Of a DNA stretch of 64,000 bases, positions 38,076-48,635 are shown piece after piece. Below the pieces are notes generated by a model that was not told where the DNA came from, ran no database searches, and saw nothing but the letters and a program-made list of their open reading frames with translations. Every line of letters starts with the position of its first letter. The stretch's first letter is position 1. The stretch is from an uncultured bacterium (GTDB taxonomy: Bacteria > Patescibacteriota > Minisyncoccia > Phycocordibacterales > GWA1-40-21): positions 239,417 to 303,416 of the forward strand of contig OY970290.1 of NCBI GenBank assembly GCA_963716205.1. Direction: 5' to 3'. Made by a program: the position numbers and the translations under genes.

Positions 38076-38639
38076 ATGAAAAAGTTCTTTACAATATTGT
38101 TCATGTTCTTGGTGTTTTCATTGATCCAAAATTCTGCTCTCACCCAGACGAATGGGAAATTTCCAGTTTGGCAGACCGTCCTCGGCACGAATATCAATAG
38201 CGCTGACGGTTTCCGCGGAGCTTTGAGATTACAGAGTTACAAAATCGATGATATGGCGGATTTCATTCTCGGAAAGATTATTTTTCCGACGGATGAGACC
38301 AAGTTAATCAAGCTGGTTAAAGTATCAATGAAGGATCTTGGTTTGAAAGATGATACAACCGGAATTGATATTTATAAAAAAGCAGTGGGGCAGGGATTAC
38401 AACTTTGTCCACGTGAAGTTGGTCCAAGACTTGCTCTGCAATATATGGATCAGCCAAACGGTGATGAAGTAGTCGTTGCTTCAGAACCGATTGCTGGTCC
38501 GAGCGCCATGCCGGTGTCCCTTGTTTTTCGAATCAGCCGACTTGTTGACGGTGTGCATTTGCTCGAAGTCGCAAGCGGTGATTTGAATCATGTTTGGCAT
38601 CCGTCTTCTGACACAAAATTTATTTTTATGTTACCGTAA
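38076..38639 (+). CDS. Secreted hypothetical protein (paralog A)
   Basis: Own TTGACA-17-TAAGGT promoter, SD, signal peptide and terminator. Confidence 0.8.
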   Translation: MKKFFTILFMFLVFSLIQNSALTQTNGKFPVWQTVLGTNINSADGFRGALRLQSYKIDDMADFILGKIIFPTDETKLIKLVKVSMKDLGLKDDTTGIDIYKKAVGQGLQLCPREVGPRLALQYMDQPNGDEVVVASEPIAGPSAMPVSLVFRISRLVDGVHLLEVASGDLNHVWHPSSDTKFIFMLP

Positions 38640-38758
38640 GGCAAACGCAGAAATAAAAGCCCTCGAATCCGAGGGCTTTTTTGTTTGACAAAATATGAAA
38701 TCTACGATAAAATGACAACTGAAGGTTTAAAACCAATGTTGTTTGAAGGAGGAAGTGG

Positions 38759-39208
38759 ATGAAAAAGCTAATGCCGTTGTCATTATTTGCATTGTTTGTG
38801 TCTGTGGCGGTCGCAAATGCTTTTCCTGTTTGGAAAACTATTACGACTGAAAAAGGGAATATTCATCTGGTTCGAGTGAGCATTGAAGATCTTGGTTTCG
38901 AATATAACCCGACCTATATCGAGATAAATGCTCGCGCAATTGATCTTGGTTTGCAATCTGGATCAGAGAAAATTGCAAATGAATTGCGCGGGCAATATAA
39001 AGATCAGCAGGCTGGCGAACATCTTTATGTAATGACCAATCCGGTAAATGGGAAGTTCAAGGTTTATGATCTTTACCGTTCAGAGAAGAGGATAGATGAA
39101 CCTTACTCGACATTGCATAGTGATGACGAGACGAAAGATTTCCTTGACGACTACAAGTATGATTATAAATCAGTTGGCGAACACTACTTTGTGTTCGTTA
39201 CCAAATGA
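38759..39208 (+). CDS. Secreted hypothetical protein (paralog B)
   Basis: TTGACA-17-TAAAAT promoter, SD; shares FPVWxT, LVxVSxxDLG, QYxDQxxG with paralog A. Confidence 0.8.
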   Translation: MKKLMPLSLFALFVSVAVANAFPVWKTITTEKGNIHLVRVSIEDLGFEYNPTYIEINARAIDLGLQSGSEKIANELRGQYKDQQAGEHLYVMTNPVNGKFKVYDLYRSEKRIDEPYSTLHSDDETKDFLDDYKYDYKSVGEHYFVFVTK

Positions 39209-39230
39209 TTTTTGTTTGAGGCCTTGCGGG

Positions 39231-40349
39231 TTATACCGCAGGGCCTTTATTTTTTCTTGTTAAAATCCACACGGAAACCAAAGTCGTAATGGGCACCGCA
39301 AGAATGAGCCCAATCGAGCCGATCATAATGCGTACGATTTCCGCGGAGAAAATTTCTTTGTTGATCATATAGGCGAGGTTTCCCGTTTGCAAAATATAAA
39401 ATAAGAGCAAAAGCGGCAATGCGACGCCGACATAGGCGATTGCCAGAGTGTTGACAAGAGCGCCGATATGCTCGCGTCCCATGCGAATGGCACGCTCATA
39501 TAATTTTCGCTTCGGCATATCCGGTGCAGCAGTTTTTAATTCTTCAACGGCGATCGCTTGGCTTATGGCGACATCATAAAGCACACCAAGAAGCCCGATC
39601 ATGATTCCGCCGAGCAGAAGTCCGAGCATATTGATTGAGCCGTTTGTGCCCAGATTCAAAGACACTGCTTCTTCAGTCCCGTAGCCAGTCAGATACGTGA
39701 AATGCACTGCCCATGTAGCGAGTGCTCCGGTGATAGCGATAGTTGCAATCATGCCGAGTACCGCTGAAGTGGTTGTTTTATTAAATCCATGCGTGATATA
39801 TGAACCGATGATAATAATAAGCGCTGAAATGCCGAGCGTCATCAATATCGGCGAGAAGCCGTGCAAAATTCCTGGGAGCAGGACAAAAACAATCAATGCA
39901 AAACTTCCGATCAAGCTGATTAATCCGCGCACACCTTGCCGTCCGCCAAAAATAAAAAGCATAAGAAGAAAAATCCCGACAAGAGTCATGACTTCGGGCA
40001 AGCGATACGGCTCATCGACCGAATATGAGTCGGTTCCTCCGGCAAGTGTGGCCGGCGTGTATGTTGTATAGAAAATTTCGCCTTTTGTCAGATTATAATA
40101 ATCATTATCCACAGTAACAATAGTTCCTGTTTTATTACCATCAAGAATTTCCGCCTGAATGACCTGATAATTGCTTTTAAGATTTGTTCCGGGAACATTT
40201 TCAATCTGCTGGCTTACAATATCAAGCACCTGTGCTTTCAAGGTACTGACCGCGGTTACTGTTTCTTCTCCGTTCGTTTGCGCGTGCACAATTCCAAAAA
40301 AAGAAAAGAAAATGATGAAAAACAAACCGGAAAAAAATATTTTTTTCAT
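39231..40349 (-). CDS. YibE/F family membrane protein
   Basis: IGLLGVLYDVAISQ, GREHIGALVNTL, IGLILAVPITT. Confidence 0.9.
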   Translation of the reverse strand: MKKIFFSGLFFIIFFSFFGIVHAQTNGEETVTAVSTLKAQVLDIVSQQIENVPGTNLKSNYQVIQAEILDGNKTGTIVTVDNDYYNLTKGEIFYTTYTPATLAGGTDSYSVDEPYRLPEVMTLVGIFLLMLFIFGGRQGVRGLISLIGSFALIVFVLLPGILHGFSPILMTLGISALIIIIGSYITHGFNKTTTSAVLGMIATIAITGALATWAVHFTYLTGYGTEEAVSLNLGTNGSINMLGLLLGGIMIGLLGVLYDVAISQAIAVEELKTAAPDMPKRKLYERAIRMGREHIGALVNTLAIAYVGVALPLLLLFYILQTGNLAYMINKEIFSAEIVRIMIGSIGLILAVPITTLVSVWILTRKNKGPAV

Positions 40350-40475
40350 AGATTCATTCTAACTTTTTAAAGATAATTTGTATATTATTATTTTTTATGA
40401 ATATATTTGTATATATTTTAAATACATGGTATAATTCTTCTTAGACGTTTGACATATCATTTTGGGGAGGAAGTC

Positions 40476-41171
40476 ATGACATCATTTCTGGTGGCAGTAT
40501 TCGCGGGAATCGCTACATTTTTTGGTGGAAAACTCGCGCTCAAGTTTCGCGACAAAATTCACTTCATGTTAAGTGTCAGCGCGGGAGCAGTAATGGCCGT
40601 TGCGTTTTATGATCTCTTGACAGAAGCTTTGGAGACAGGAAAAGAATTCAGCTACGAACCAAAAACCATTATCGCATGCTGCAGTATCGGCTGGATTCTC
40701 TACATGCTGCTTGATCGCTGGGCAGGCAAAGACGGAGATACTCGCGGAAATTTAGGAGCAGGGAGTCTTACAATTCATAGCTTATTTGATGGTCTTGCTA
40801 TAGGATTGTCATTTGCGTGGTCGGATAAAACAGGTTGGCTTGTGTCAGTTGCAATTTTAGCCCATGATCTTTCCGATGGAATGAACACGGTCAATCTGAG
40901 TATGTTTGGCAATGGGCGAAAGGAGATTGCTGAACGATGGCTCTACGCAGATGCCTTTGCTCCTTTTGTCGGAGTTTGCCTCACACATTTGTTTATCATT
41001 CCTCGTGTGTATACCCCGATTATTTTTGCTGTTCTTTCAGGTTTTTTCTTTTATATCGGAGGAAGCAATTTGGTCATAGAAAGTTACCATAAACACAAAA
41101 AATTTTGGATAACTGCTACGACTATCGCAACTATGGCGCTCCTATATTGGGTTATAGAAATTGCCGGATAA
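40476..41171 (+). CDS. ZIP-family metal transporter
   Basis: HSLFDGLAIG, AHDLSDG. Confidence 0.85.
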   Translation: MTSFLVAVFAGIATFFGGKLALKFRDKIHFMLSVSAGAVMAVAFYDLLTEALETGKEFSYEPKTIIACCSIGWILYMLLDRWAGKDGDTRGNLGAGSLTIHSLFDGLAIGLSFAWSDKTGWLVSVAILAHDLSDGMNTVNLSMFGNGRKEIAERWLYADAFAPFVGVCLTHLFIIPRVYTPIIFAVLSGFFFYIGGSNLVIESYHKHKKFWITATTIATMALLYWVIEIAG

Positions 41172-41267
41172 AGAAGCCAGTTTTATTGCAATGAAATCCG
41201 CATTATTACAAATGGTGCGGATTTTTTATTGCCCAAAGTTGAAAAAATGCTATAAATAAAGTTCGAA

Positions 41268-42341
41268 ATGAAAGCAAAGAAACAAAAAGTATTTGTGGGA
41301 ATGTCCGGCGGAGTGGACAGCTCGGCATCTGCAGCATTGCTGAAAGAACAAGGATATGATGTTATCGGAGTTTTTATCAAGGTCTGGCAGCCAGAGTTTT
41401 TTGAGTGTACCTGGCGGCAGGATCGCCTTGATGCCATGCGCGTCTGTGCCAAGCTTGATATTCCGTTTATTACTCTGAATCTTGAAAAAGAATACAAAAA
41501 AGAAGTAGTGGAGTATATGATCAACGAATATAAAGCGGGGCGGACGCCGAACCCAGATGTCATGTGCAACAAATACATCAAGTTCGGCGGATTTTTTGAT
41601 TTTGCAATGAAGCACGGCGCGGATTTTGTTGCTACAGGGCATTATGCACGGGTGAAAAATATAAAAAATAAAACTGAACTTTTGGCAGGAAAGGATACAA
41701 ATAAAGATCAGTCGTATTTTCTCTGGACTTTGACGCAAAAGCAATTGGCAAAAACTTTATTTCCGATAGGCGATATTGATAAGCCGGAAGTGCGAAAACT
41801 CGCGGAAAAATTTGGTTTGGCGACAGCGGTGAAAAAAGACAGCCAAGGGCTTTGCTTTATCGGTAAGATCGATATGAAAGATTTCTTGAAAAATTATATC
41901 AAAGAAAAAAAAGGAAATGTGTTGAATGAAAAGGGGGAAATCATCGGTGAACACGATGGAGCGTTTTATCTGACGATCGGACAGCGGCATGGTTTCCGGA
42001 TTTTGGAAAAAACTCCGTCTGATGCGCCGTATTATATTGTTGAAAAAAATGTCATGAAAAATATCATTATCGTCTCGCAAAATCCGAAGAAAATTTCAGG
42101 GCAGGCATCAAAAATCGTGAAATTAAAAAATGTCAGCTGGACGGCAGGCGAGCCAAAATTATCAAAAAAATATTCCGCGCGCATTCGCTACCGAGCACCA
42201 CTTGAAGCTTGCAGGATAAAAAAATCCAGCGGAAATTTTGAGCTTCATTTCAAAAATCCGCAAAAAGCGGTTACGGAAGGTCAGTCTGCAGTTATGTATG
42301 ATAAAGAAATTTGTTTGGGAGGTGGAATAATCAGTGATTGA
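41268..42341 (+). CDS. mnmA: tRNA 2-thiouridylase MnmA
   Basis: GMSGGVDS, TPNPDVMCN, ATGHY, KDQSYFL, DSQGLCF. Confidence 0.97.
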   Translation: MKAKKQKVFVGMSGGVDSSASAALLKEQGYDVIGVFIKVWQPEFFECTWRQDRLDAMRVCAKLDIPFITLNLEKEYKKEVVEYMINEYKAGRTPNPDVMCNKYIKFGGFFDFAMKHGADFVATGHYARVKNIKNKTELLAGKDTNKDQSYFLWTLTQKQLAKTLFPIGDIDKPEVRKLAEKFGLATAVKKDSQGLCFIGKIDMKDFLKNYIKEKKGNVLNEKGEIIGEHDGAFYLTIGQRHGFRILEKTPSDAPYYIVEKNVMKNIIIVSQNPKKISGQASKIVKLKNVSWTAGEPKLSKKYSARIRYRAPLEACRIKKSSGNFELHFKNPQKAVTEGQSAVMYDKEICLGGGIISD

Positions 42342-42406
42342 CACATCTAAATTTTGAGTGTATTTTTAATTGCAGAAAGATCTTAAATTCAAAGGAGGTG
42401 CTTTTC

Positions 42407-42844
42407 GTGCTTGAACTGACAATGAATAGTCCGATAACCGTTGAGAAAGTTTTGCAGGCTCTTGGGAGAGCTTACGAAGAGCGTATACGTGAATATTTGC
42501 GAAATGAACAATCTCCTATGCTTCCGGAACTAGAATCATTGAGTGAGTTCGTTGATATTACGGAATTTTCTCCAAAGAGTCTCATTGATTCCGCAGACTT
42601 GTTTTATAAGTGTTTTGAAAATGTTCTTTTACGTTTTCGATCCATGCAAACAAAGAATGAACATATTACTCATACACATGAGGAGTTTGAAGCTCTTAAA
42701 AAATGTGTTCAGCTTGCTACCTTGAGAGAGTGCGGCACATTGATCCAGTGCTATTACGATGAGAGCGTAGACTGGGCATTCGGCTACATTGTCGTAGAAA
42801 CAGCAAAAAAGGTAATGCGTGGCGAACAACTTCAGGACAGGTAA
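42407..42844 (+). CDS. Hypothetical protein
   Basis: TTGACA promoter at 42338, AAAGGAGG before GTG, terminator at about 42853-42887. Confidence 0.7.
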   Translation: MLELTMNSPITVEKVLQALGRAYEERIREYLRNEQSPMLPELESLSEFVDITEFSPKSLIDSADLFYKCFENVLLRFRSMQTKNEHITHTHEEFEALKKCVQLATLRECGTLIQCYYDESVDWAFGYIVVETAKKVMRGEQLQDR

Positions 42845-42926
42845 CAATTTAAGTTCGCGGTGTCAGTACTGACACCGCGACTTTTTAATTTTTTCATTTT
42901 CGTCCTTTATGATACCATAATATCGT

Positions 42927-43778
42927 ATGCAAAACTTCTCTGTCATCAAGCAAAACGGCGAGCGGCAGGCTTTTGATCCGAGAAAACTCGAGGCGTCTTT
43001 GCGGAAAATAGGCACCAAAGAATCCGTCATTCAGGAAGTTCTTATCGAAGTCGGCAAAAAAGCTTTTGACGGCATTACGACTGCGCAGATTTATCGCAAT
43101 GCATATTCTATCCTCCGCAAAAAACACAGACCGACTGCCATCCGGTATTCTTTGAAAAAAGCCGTCGCATCGCTTGGTCCGACCGGCTTTCCGTTTGAGA
43201 AATTCGTGGCGGAAATTTTCAAAGCGCAAGGATATGAAACATTGACGGACCAGATTGTCAAAGGCAAATGCGTGGAACATGAAATCGATATCGTGGCGTG
43301 GAAAAATGAAGAACTAATCATGGTCGAAGCAAAATTCCACACGGATTTCAATCTGAAATCAGATCTGAAAATAGTTTTATATGTCAAAGCCCGCTACGAT
43401 GATATTTTTGGCAACAATTACACCTTTGGCGCAAAAGTCAGAAAGCTGACGGAGGGTTGGATTATTACAAATACCAAATTCAGCGCGACTGCGATCCAAT
43501 ACGGCGCATGTCAGCCAGCACTTAAATTTATCGGCTGGAATTATCCGCATGACAACGATCTCCATCACATGATAGCAAAGTATGGTCTGATACCGCTGAC
43601 AGCGCTTACTTCATTGAATACAATGGAAAAAGGATTATTGCTTTCTCGCGGAATCGTTTTGTCAAAAGCGCTGCTTGATCGGAAAATCTTGGAGGATTTG
43701 AATTTTGATGATAGAAAAATCCGCTCCATTCAGGATGAAGTCAATGAGCTTGCGGTATCGCTCAAAGAAACTTTATAA
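42927..43778 (+). CDS. ATP-cone plus Mrr-like restriction endonuclease domain protein
   Basis: VIKQNGERQAFD ATP cone; GFPFEK, EIDIVA...VEAK, ITNTKFS. Confidence 0.85.
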   Translation: MQNFSVIKQNGERQAFDPRKLEASLRKIGTKESVIQEVLIEVGKKAFDGITTAQIYRNAYSILRKKHRPTAIRYSLKKAVASLGPTGFPFEKFVAEIFKAQGYETLTDQIVKGKCVEHEIDIVAWKNEELIMVEAKFHTDFNLKSDLKIVLYVKARYDDIFGNNYTFGAKVRKLTEGWIITNTKFSATAIQYGACQPALKFIGWNYPHDNDLHHMIAKYGLIPLTALTSLNTMEKGLLLSRGIVLSKALLDRKILEDLNFDDRKIRSIQDEVNELAVSLKETL

Positions 43779-43780
43779 AT

Positions 43781-44371
43781 ATGCCGACAAAAACCGAACA
43801 ATTGAAAAAAATAAAAGATGAGGTTTTGAACTTGAAAGATTCTCCTTTATATCAATACCGAACAGAAAATAAATATTTTCCTGTCATCGGGGAGGGAAGC
43901 CATGATGCCGAAATCATGTTTGTCGGCGAAGCGCCCGGAAGAAATGAAGCAAAGACCGGCAGACCGTTTTGCGGTGCGGCGGGGAAAATTCTTGATACGC
44001 TTTTGGCGCATGCCGGTATCGAACGGAAAAATGTGTATATCACAAACATTGTCAAAGACCGTCCGCAACAAAACAGAGATCCCTTACCGAGCGAGATCAA
44101 AATATACGGCCCTTTTTTAGACCGACAGATTGATATTATCCAGCCGAAAATTATCGCTACACTCGGCAGATATTCGATGGATTATATTATGAAGAAATTC
44201 GACCTTATTTCTGAACTTCAGCCGATAGGAAAAGCTCACGGAAAGGAGTTTGAGGCGCAAGCGAGCTATGGACCCATAAAAATAGCCGTTTTATACCATC
44301 CCGCTGTTGCTGTTTATGATTCGCGCAAAATTGACGAATTGAAAAAAGATTTTGAAATTTTGAAGAAATAA
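43781..44371 (+). CDS. Uracil-DNA glycosylase (family 4)
   Basis: GEAPG, GRPFCG, ITNIVKDRP, YHPA. Confidence 0.92.
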   Translation: MPTKTEQLKKIKDEVLNLKDSPLYQYRTENKYFPVIGEGSHDAEIMFVGEAPGRNEAKTGRPFCGAAGKILDTLLAHAGIERKNVYITNIVKDRPQQNRDPLPSEIKIYGPFLDRQIDIIQPKIIATLGRYSMDYIMKKFDLISELQPIGKAHGKEFEAQASYGPIKIAVLYHPAVAVYDSRKIDELKKDFEILKK

Positions 44372-44426
44372 TACCTCTTGATATAATACATATCTAAACT
44401 TTTTAAAAATTTAATTTAATAAAATT

Positions 44427-45008
44427 ATGTACGAACAGAAAAATTTCGACGGTTTGCTTGGGATAAAAGGTTTGAGCGACACGATGCTCAAAAATCATTT
44501 CACGCTCTATGGCGGCTATGTGACGAATTTCAATAAGCTTAATGATACTTTAGTTGCAATGGAAAAAGACGGAAAATTTGGCGCATCGGAATACGCGGAG
44601 CTCAATCGCCGGCTCGGCTGGGAATGGAACGGTATGCGATTGCATGAGCTTTACTTTGAAAATATGACGAAAAATTTCTTGCCAATGAATAAAAATTCTG
44701 AATTATCAAAAAATATTGTGAAAGAATTCGGTTCATTTGAAATGTGGGAAAAAGATTTCAGGTCAATGGCAGCGATGCGAGGCATCGGCTGGATTATTCT
44801 TTATCATGACACAAAAGTAAACAGACTTTTCAATATCTGGGTCAATGAGCACGATGTCGGTCATCTTGCCGGCGCAACACCGCTTTTGGTGATGGATGTC
44901 TTCGAACATGCCTACATGACTGACTACGGCATCAAGCGCGTGGATTATATCAATGTGTTCATGCAGAGTATTGATTGGAAGGAAGTGGAAGGAAGAATGG
45001 AAAAATGA
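44427..45008 (+). CDS. Fe/Mn superoxide dismutase family protein
   Basis: HFTLYGGYV, LHELYF, DVFEHAY. Confidence 0.9.
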   Translation: MYEQKNFDGLLGIKGLSDTMLKNHFTLYGGYVTNFNKLNDTLVAMEKDGKFGASEYAELNRRLGWEWNGMRLHELYFENMTKNFLPMNKNSELSKNIVKEFGSFEMWEKDFRSMAAMRGIGWIILYHDTKVNRLFNIWVNEHDVGHLAGATPLLVMDVFEHAYMTDYGIKRVDYINVFMQSIDWKEVEGRMEK

Positions 45009-45066
45009 TACTATAGAAATGGAAAGTAACCTTGCAATTTTTAAAAATCCTTAAAGGAGGCAGGGC

Positions 45067-45459
45067 ATGGGAATGAACAGAAGCGAACTCATGGACAAAT
45101 TTCTTCTTGGTCTCATGTCTATTGATCCGGAAAGGTTGGAATCTTCAAAAATAAAGATCAATTACAGGGATGAATTCATAATTGGAACCATCAAAGATCG
45201 AGGGATGAGACGCCTACTCGGTTTTATCTGGCTGCTCAATAAAATCTTGGAAGATGAAATAGAATCTAACTCTGAAGAAATCGAGAAAATAAATTTTTTC
45301 ATCGAGACAGCGTGGAACAACTTTCAAAAATTTGCGGAAAAAGAATTTCCAGTGATCAGGGAATTCGATGATACATACGAATTTGGTTTCCGGGAAGGAT
45401 GGACGATGGTTATCGTGAGCAAGAGTCCAAATCGCAATCTTTTTTTAGGTTCAAGTTAG
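45067..45459 (+). CDS. Hypothetical protein
   Basis: SD AAAGGAGG; terminator at about 45476-45510. Confidence 0.7.
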   Translation: MGMNRSELMDKFLLGLMSIDPERLESSKIKINYRDEFIIGTIKDRGMRRLLGFIWLLNKILEDEIESNSEEIEKINFFIETAWNNFQKFAEKEFPVIREFDDTYEFGFREGWTMVIVSKSPNRNLFLGSS

Positions 45460-45539
45460 TTGCAGTTTTGTTTTAAAGGCTTTGGAGTTTCACAATTCCA
45501 AAGCCTTTTTAATTTCTCATTTTGTGTTATATTTTAAAA

Positions 45540-47369
45540 ATGCAATCATCCGAAATTCGAGAGCGATATATGAAATTCTTCGAGAAAAGAGGACATGCCA
45601 TCATTCCGTCTGCATCGCTCGTGCCTGAAAATGATCCGTCATCACTTTTTAATACCGCAGGAATGCAGCCGCTCGTGCCATATCTTTTGGGTGCAAAACA
45701 TCCTGCTGGAACGTGTCTTGTGGATGTCCAGAAATGCGTCCGCACTATAGATATTGAGGATGTCGGTGACAATCGCCACCTGACATTTTTTGAGATGCTT
45801 GGCAATTGGTCGCTCGGAGATTATTTCAAAAAGGAGGCGATTGAATACAGCATGGATTTTTTGACATCGAAATCTGAAGGTCTCGGACTTGATCCGAAGC
45901 GACTTTATATAACAGCGTTCAAAGGCGAAGATGGAATTCCGCGCGACGAAGATTCTATAAAATTTTGGAAAGAAAATTTTGAAAAGAAAAATATCAAAGC
46001 TGAAGTTGCTGGAACTAATGAAATGATAAAAGATGATATCAGGATCATTCCTCTTGGGAAAGATGACAATTTTTGGATTGCCGGAAATACCGGTCCGTGC
46101 GGACCGGATACGGAAATGTTTTATGATGTTGCCGAAGGCGGAAAAGTGGAAGGAGATTTTCATGACCTTGTGAAAGCGGGAAGAATTATCGAGATTTGGA
46201 ACGACGTGTTCATGGAATTCAATAAAACCGCGGACGGAAAATATGAAAGACTGAAAAAGCCGAATGTGGATACCGGCATGGGACTTGAGCGTACGACGGT
46301 GGTGATGCAAGGGAAAAATAATGTTTTTGAAACGGATATTTTCGCGCCGGTCATCGCTGAAATAAAAAAACTTGCCAGAAATTACAATGAAAAATCGGCA
46401 CGGATAATTGCCGACCACGTCCGTGCCGCAACATTTCTGATTGCCGACGGCGTTACACCGTCAAATACCGAGCAAGGTTACGTGCTCCGAAGGCTTTTGA
46501 GGAGGGCTGCCAGATGCGTGGATCAGATAGGCTTGGTCCAAGAAAGTAAAACCGAACGCAGCGACCTTTCGTATATCGCGGAATTATTCGTAAGGCAAAA
46601 TATGTCCGCGTATCCATATCTCGCTGCCGAATCTGATAAAATTTTCAAAGAAATCGAAATGGAGGAAGAAAAGTTCAGGAAAACTTTGGCAAATGGCTTG
46701 AAATCTTTTAATATGTTTGCTGCAAATGGTATTTCTGGTGAAGTAGCGTTCATGCTTTTTTCAACGTATGGTTTTCCTATTGAATTAACTGAAGAATTAG
46801 CCAGGGAAAGAGGTTTGAGCGTTGATAAGGTAAGTTTTAATTATTTCATGAAAAAACATCAAGAAATTTCTCGCGCTGGAAGTGAACAAAAATTCAAAGG
46901 CGGATTGGCATCAACAGGCGAGATGGAAACAAAATATCATACTGCGACGCACACACTTTTGGCGGCTTTGCAAAAAGTTTTGAAATCCGAAATCGTTCAG
47001 AAGGGAAGCAATATCACGGCGGAGCGATTGCGTTTTGATTTCAACTGGCCAGAGAAATTAACAGCGGAGCAATTGAAAGAAGTTGAGGATCTGGTGAATG
47101 AAAAGATCAAGGAAAAGCTTCCAGTCCAAATGATTGAGATGCCGAAAGAAGAGGCGCAGAAAATCGTCACGACATTCAACATTGATCTTTCAAAATATGC
47201 TGACACGGTCAAGGTGTATAAAATCGGCGTGAAAGACGGAAAATATTTCAGTATCGAATTCTGCGGCGGCCCGCATGTCAAAAATACCGGCGAGCTCGGA
47301 CATTTCAAAATCGTAAAAGAAGAAGCGTCAAGTGCCGGTGTCAGAAGGATCAAAGCGGTATTGGAATAA
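45540..47369 (+). CDS. alaS: Alanine--tRNA ligase, short form lacking the C-Ala domain
   Basis: FNTAGMQP, TFFEMLGN, DTGMGLER, HTATH, CGGPH; ends GVRRIKAVLE. Confidence 0.96.
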   Translation: MQSSEIRERYMKFFEKRGHAIIPSASLVPENDPSSLFNTAGMQPLVPYLLGAKHPAGTCLVDVQKCVRTIDIEDVGDNRHLTFFEMLGNWSLGDYFKKEAIEYSMDFLTSKSEGLGLDPKRLYITAFKGEDGIPRDEDSIKFWKENFEKKNIKAEVAGTNEMIKDDIRIIPLGKDDNFWIAGNTGPCGPDTEMFYDVAEGGKVEGDFHDLVKAGRIIEIWNDVFMEFNKTADGKYERLKKPNVDTGMGLERTTVVMQGKNNVFETDIFAPVIAEIKKLARNYNEKSARIIADHVRAATFLIADGVTPSNTEQGYVLRRLLRRAARCVDQIGLVQESKTERSDLSYIAELFVRQNMSAYPYLAAESDKIFKEIEMEEEKFRKTLANGLKSFNMFAANGISGEVAFMLFSTYGFPIELTEELARERGLSVDKVSFNYFMKKHQEISRAGSEQKFKGGLASTGEMETKYHTATHTLLAALQKVLKSEIVQKGSNITAERLRFDFNWPEKLTAEQLKEVEDLVNEKIKEKLPVQMIEMPKEEAQKIVTTFNIDLSKYADTVKVYKIGVKDGKYFSIEFCGGPHVKNTGELGHFKIVKEEASSAGVRRIKAVLE

Positions 47370-47398
47370 AATCAAAGAATTGTTATAATAGTGGGCAT

Positions 47399-48583
47399 AT
47401 GCTCTCTTTTTCTTTCAAAAACAAACCTTCCTTGCATTTAGTTTTTGATATTCGAGACTCATCCGTCACGCTCGCTGCGGCGAAATTTGAAAAAAATAAA
47501 AAGCCGGAGCTCGTGCTGTGCCAGAATTTTCCCATCAAAGCTGAAAATGAAAATGATCAGGAAAAATATCTTGCCGCAATGTTTTCTACACTTGATGAAG
47601 CGATTCTTACCATCCGAAAATCATTGGTGCAGATCGGTCATACTGAAAAAATAGAAAAACATTTCTTTTTCATCGGATCGCCGTGGAGCGTCTCGCAGAG
47701 CAAATCGATCACGGTGACGAAAGACAGGCCGTTTGAGATCACCAATACGATATTCGAGAAAATCATTACCGGAGAAGAAACGGAAACGGAAAAAAGCATG
47801 AGACAGGATTCTTTTCCAGGCGGATGGCAAGTGCTCGAAGAAAAAATTCTCGAGACCAAACTTGGCGGCTATGTCATTGAAAATATATTCGGCAAAAAAA
47901 CTGATGATCTTGCAGTAGAATTATTCGTTTCGTTCATTCCATCCAAAATCAAAAACAAACTATATTCCATTGCGGATGCACAATTCGGAAAACACGAGCA
48001 AAACCATGTCGGCTCGTCTATCCTTCCGTCGTATTCTTTTTTGCGGGACGCATATCCGGATAAAGATAATTTTATTTGTGCGGATATCGGCGATTATTTG
48101 ACCGACATATATGTGGTCAGAGATAATGTCATTTTTGCGGTTGCATCAATGCCGTTCGGCGAAAAAGACATCGTGCAGTCTGCGGCAAAAAAAACGAAAA
48201 CATCGGAATCCATTGTGTCGTCATCTATTGCGATTCATCGTGCCGGCAACGATAACGGCAGCACTCAAAAAGATTTTGAAACAAATATTATCGGTCAGGA
48301 AATCTTGGTTTGGTTGGCGAAGATCGGCGAGTTGCTTTCAAAAATGGTCGGTGAATTTGGCATTTCCAAAAATCTTTTTATCATTCCCCGAAGCGAACTT
48401 TCGCGTTTTATCGCAGAGTATGCTAGTTCAAAAGAGCATCCAATTAAAGTTTTTGAAAAAGAAATGGAAGTATTTATCGTTGACGATCAGGTCATAAACG
48501 ATGCTATCACAAATGCGAAAGTTTTTGAAAATGAGCCTGGCATAAAAATCGATCTTTTGTTTCTCAACAGAACAATAGGATAG
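47399..48583 (+). CDS. Actin-like FtsA/PilM-family protein (degenerate)
   Basis: VFDIRDSSV and ADIGDYLTD actin-fold loops. Confidence 0.6.
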   Translation: MLSFSFKNKPSLHLVFDIRDSSVTLAAAKFEKNKKPELVLCQNFPIKAENENDQEKYLAAMFSTLDEAILTIRKSLVQIGHTEKIEKHFFFIGSPWSVSQSKSITVTKDRPFEITNTIFEKIITGEETETEKSMRQDSFPGGWQVLEEKILETKLGGYVIENIFGKKTDDLAVELFVSFIPSKIKNKLYSIADAQFGKHEQNHVGSSILPSYSFLRDAYPDKDNFICADIGDYLTDIYVVRDNVIFAVASMPFGEKDIVQSAAKKTKTSESIVSSSIAIHRAGNDNGSTQKDFETNIIGQEILVWLAKIGELLSKMVGEFGISKNLFIIPRSELSRFIAEYASSKEHPIKVFEKEMEVFIVDDQVINDAITNAKVFENEPGIKIDLLFLNRTIG

Positions 48584-48635
48584 ATTTGGTGTATAATGAT
48601 TCCGCAGAAATTATAACGAATAATAAATCAACACA

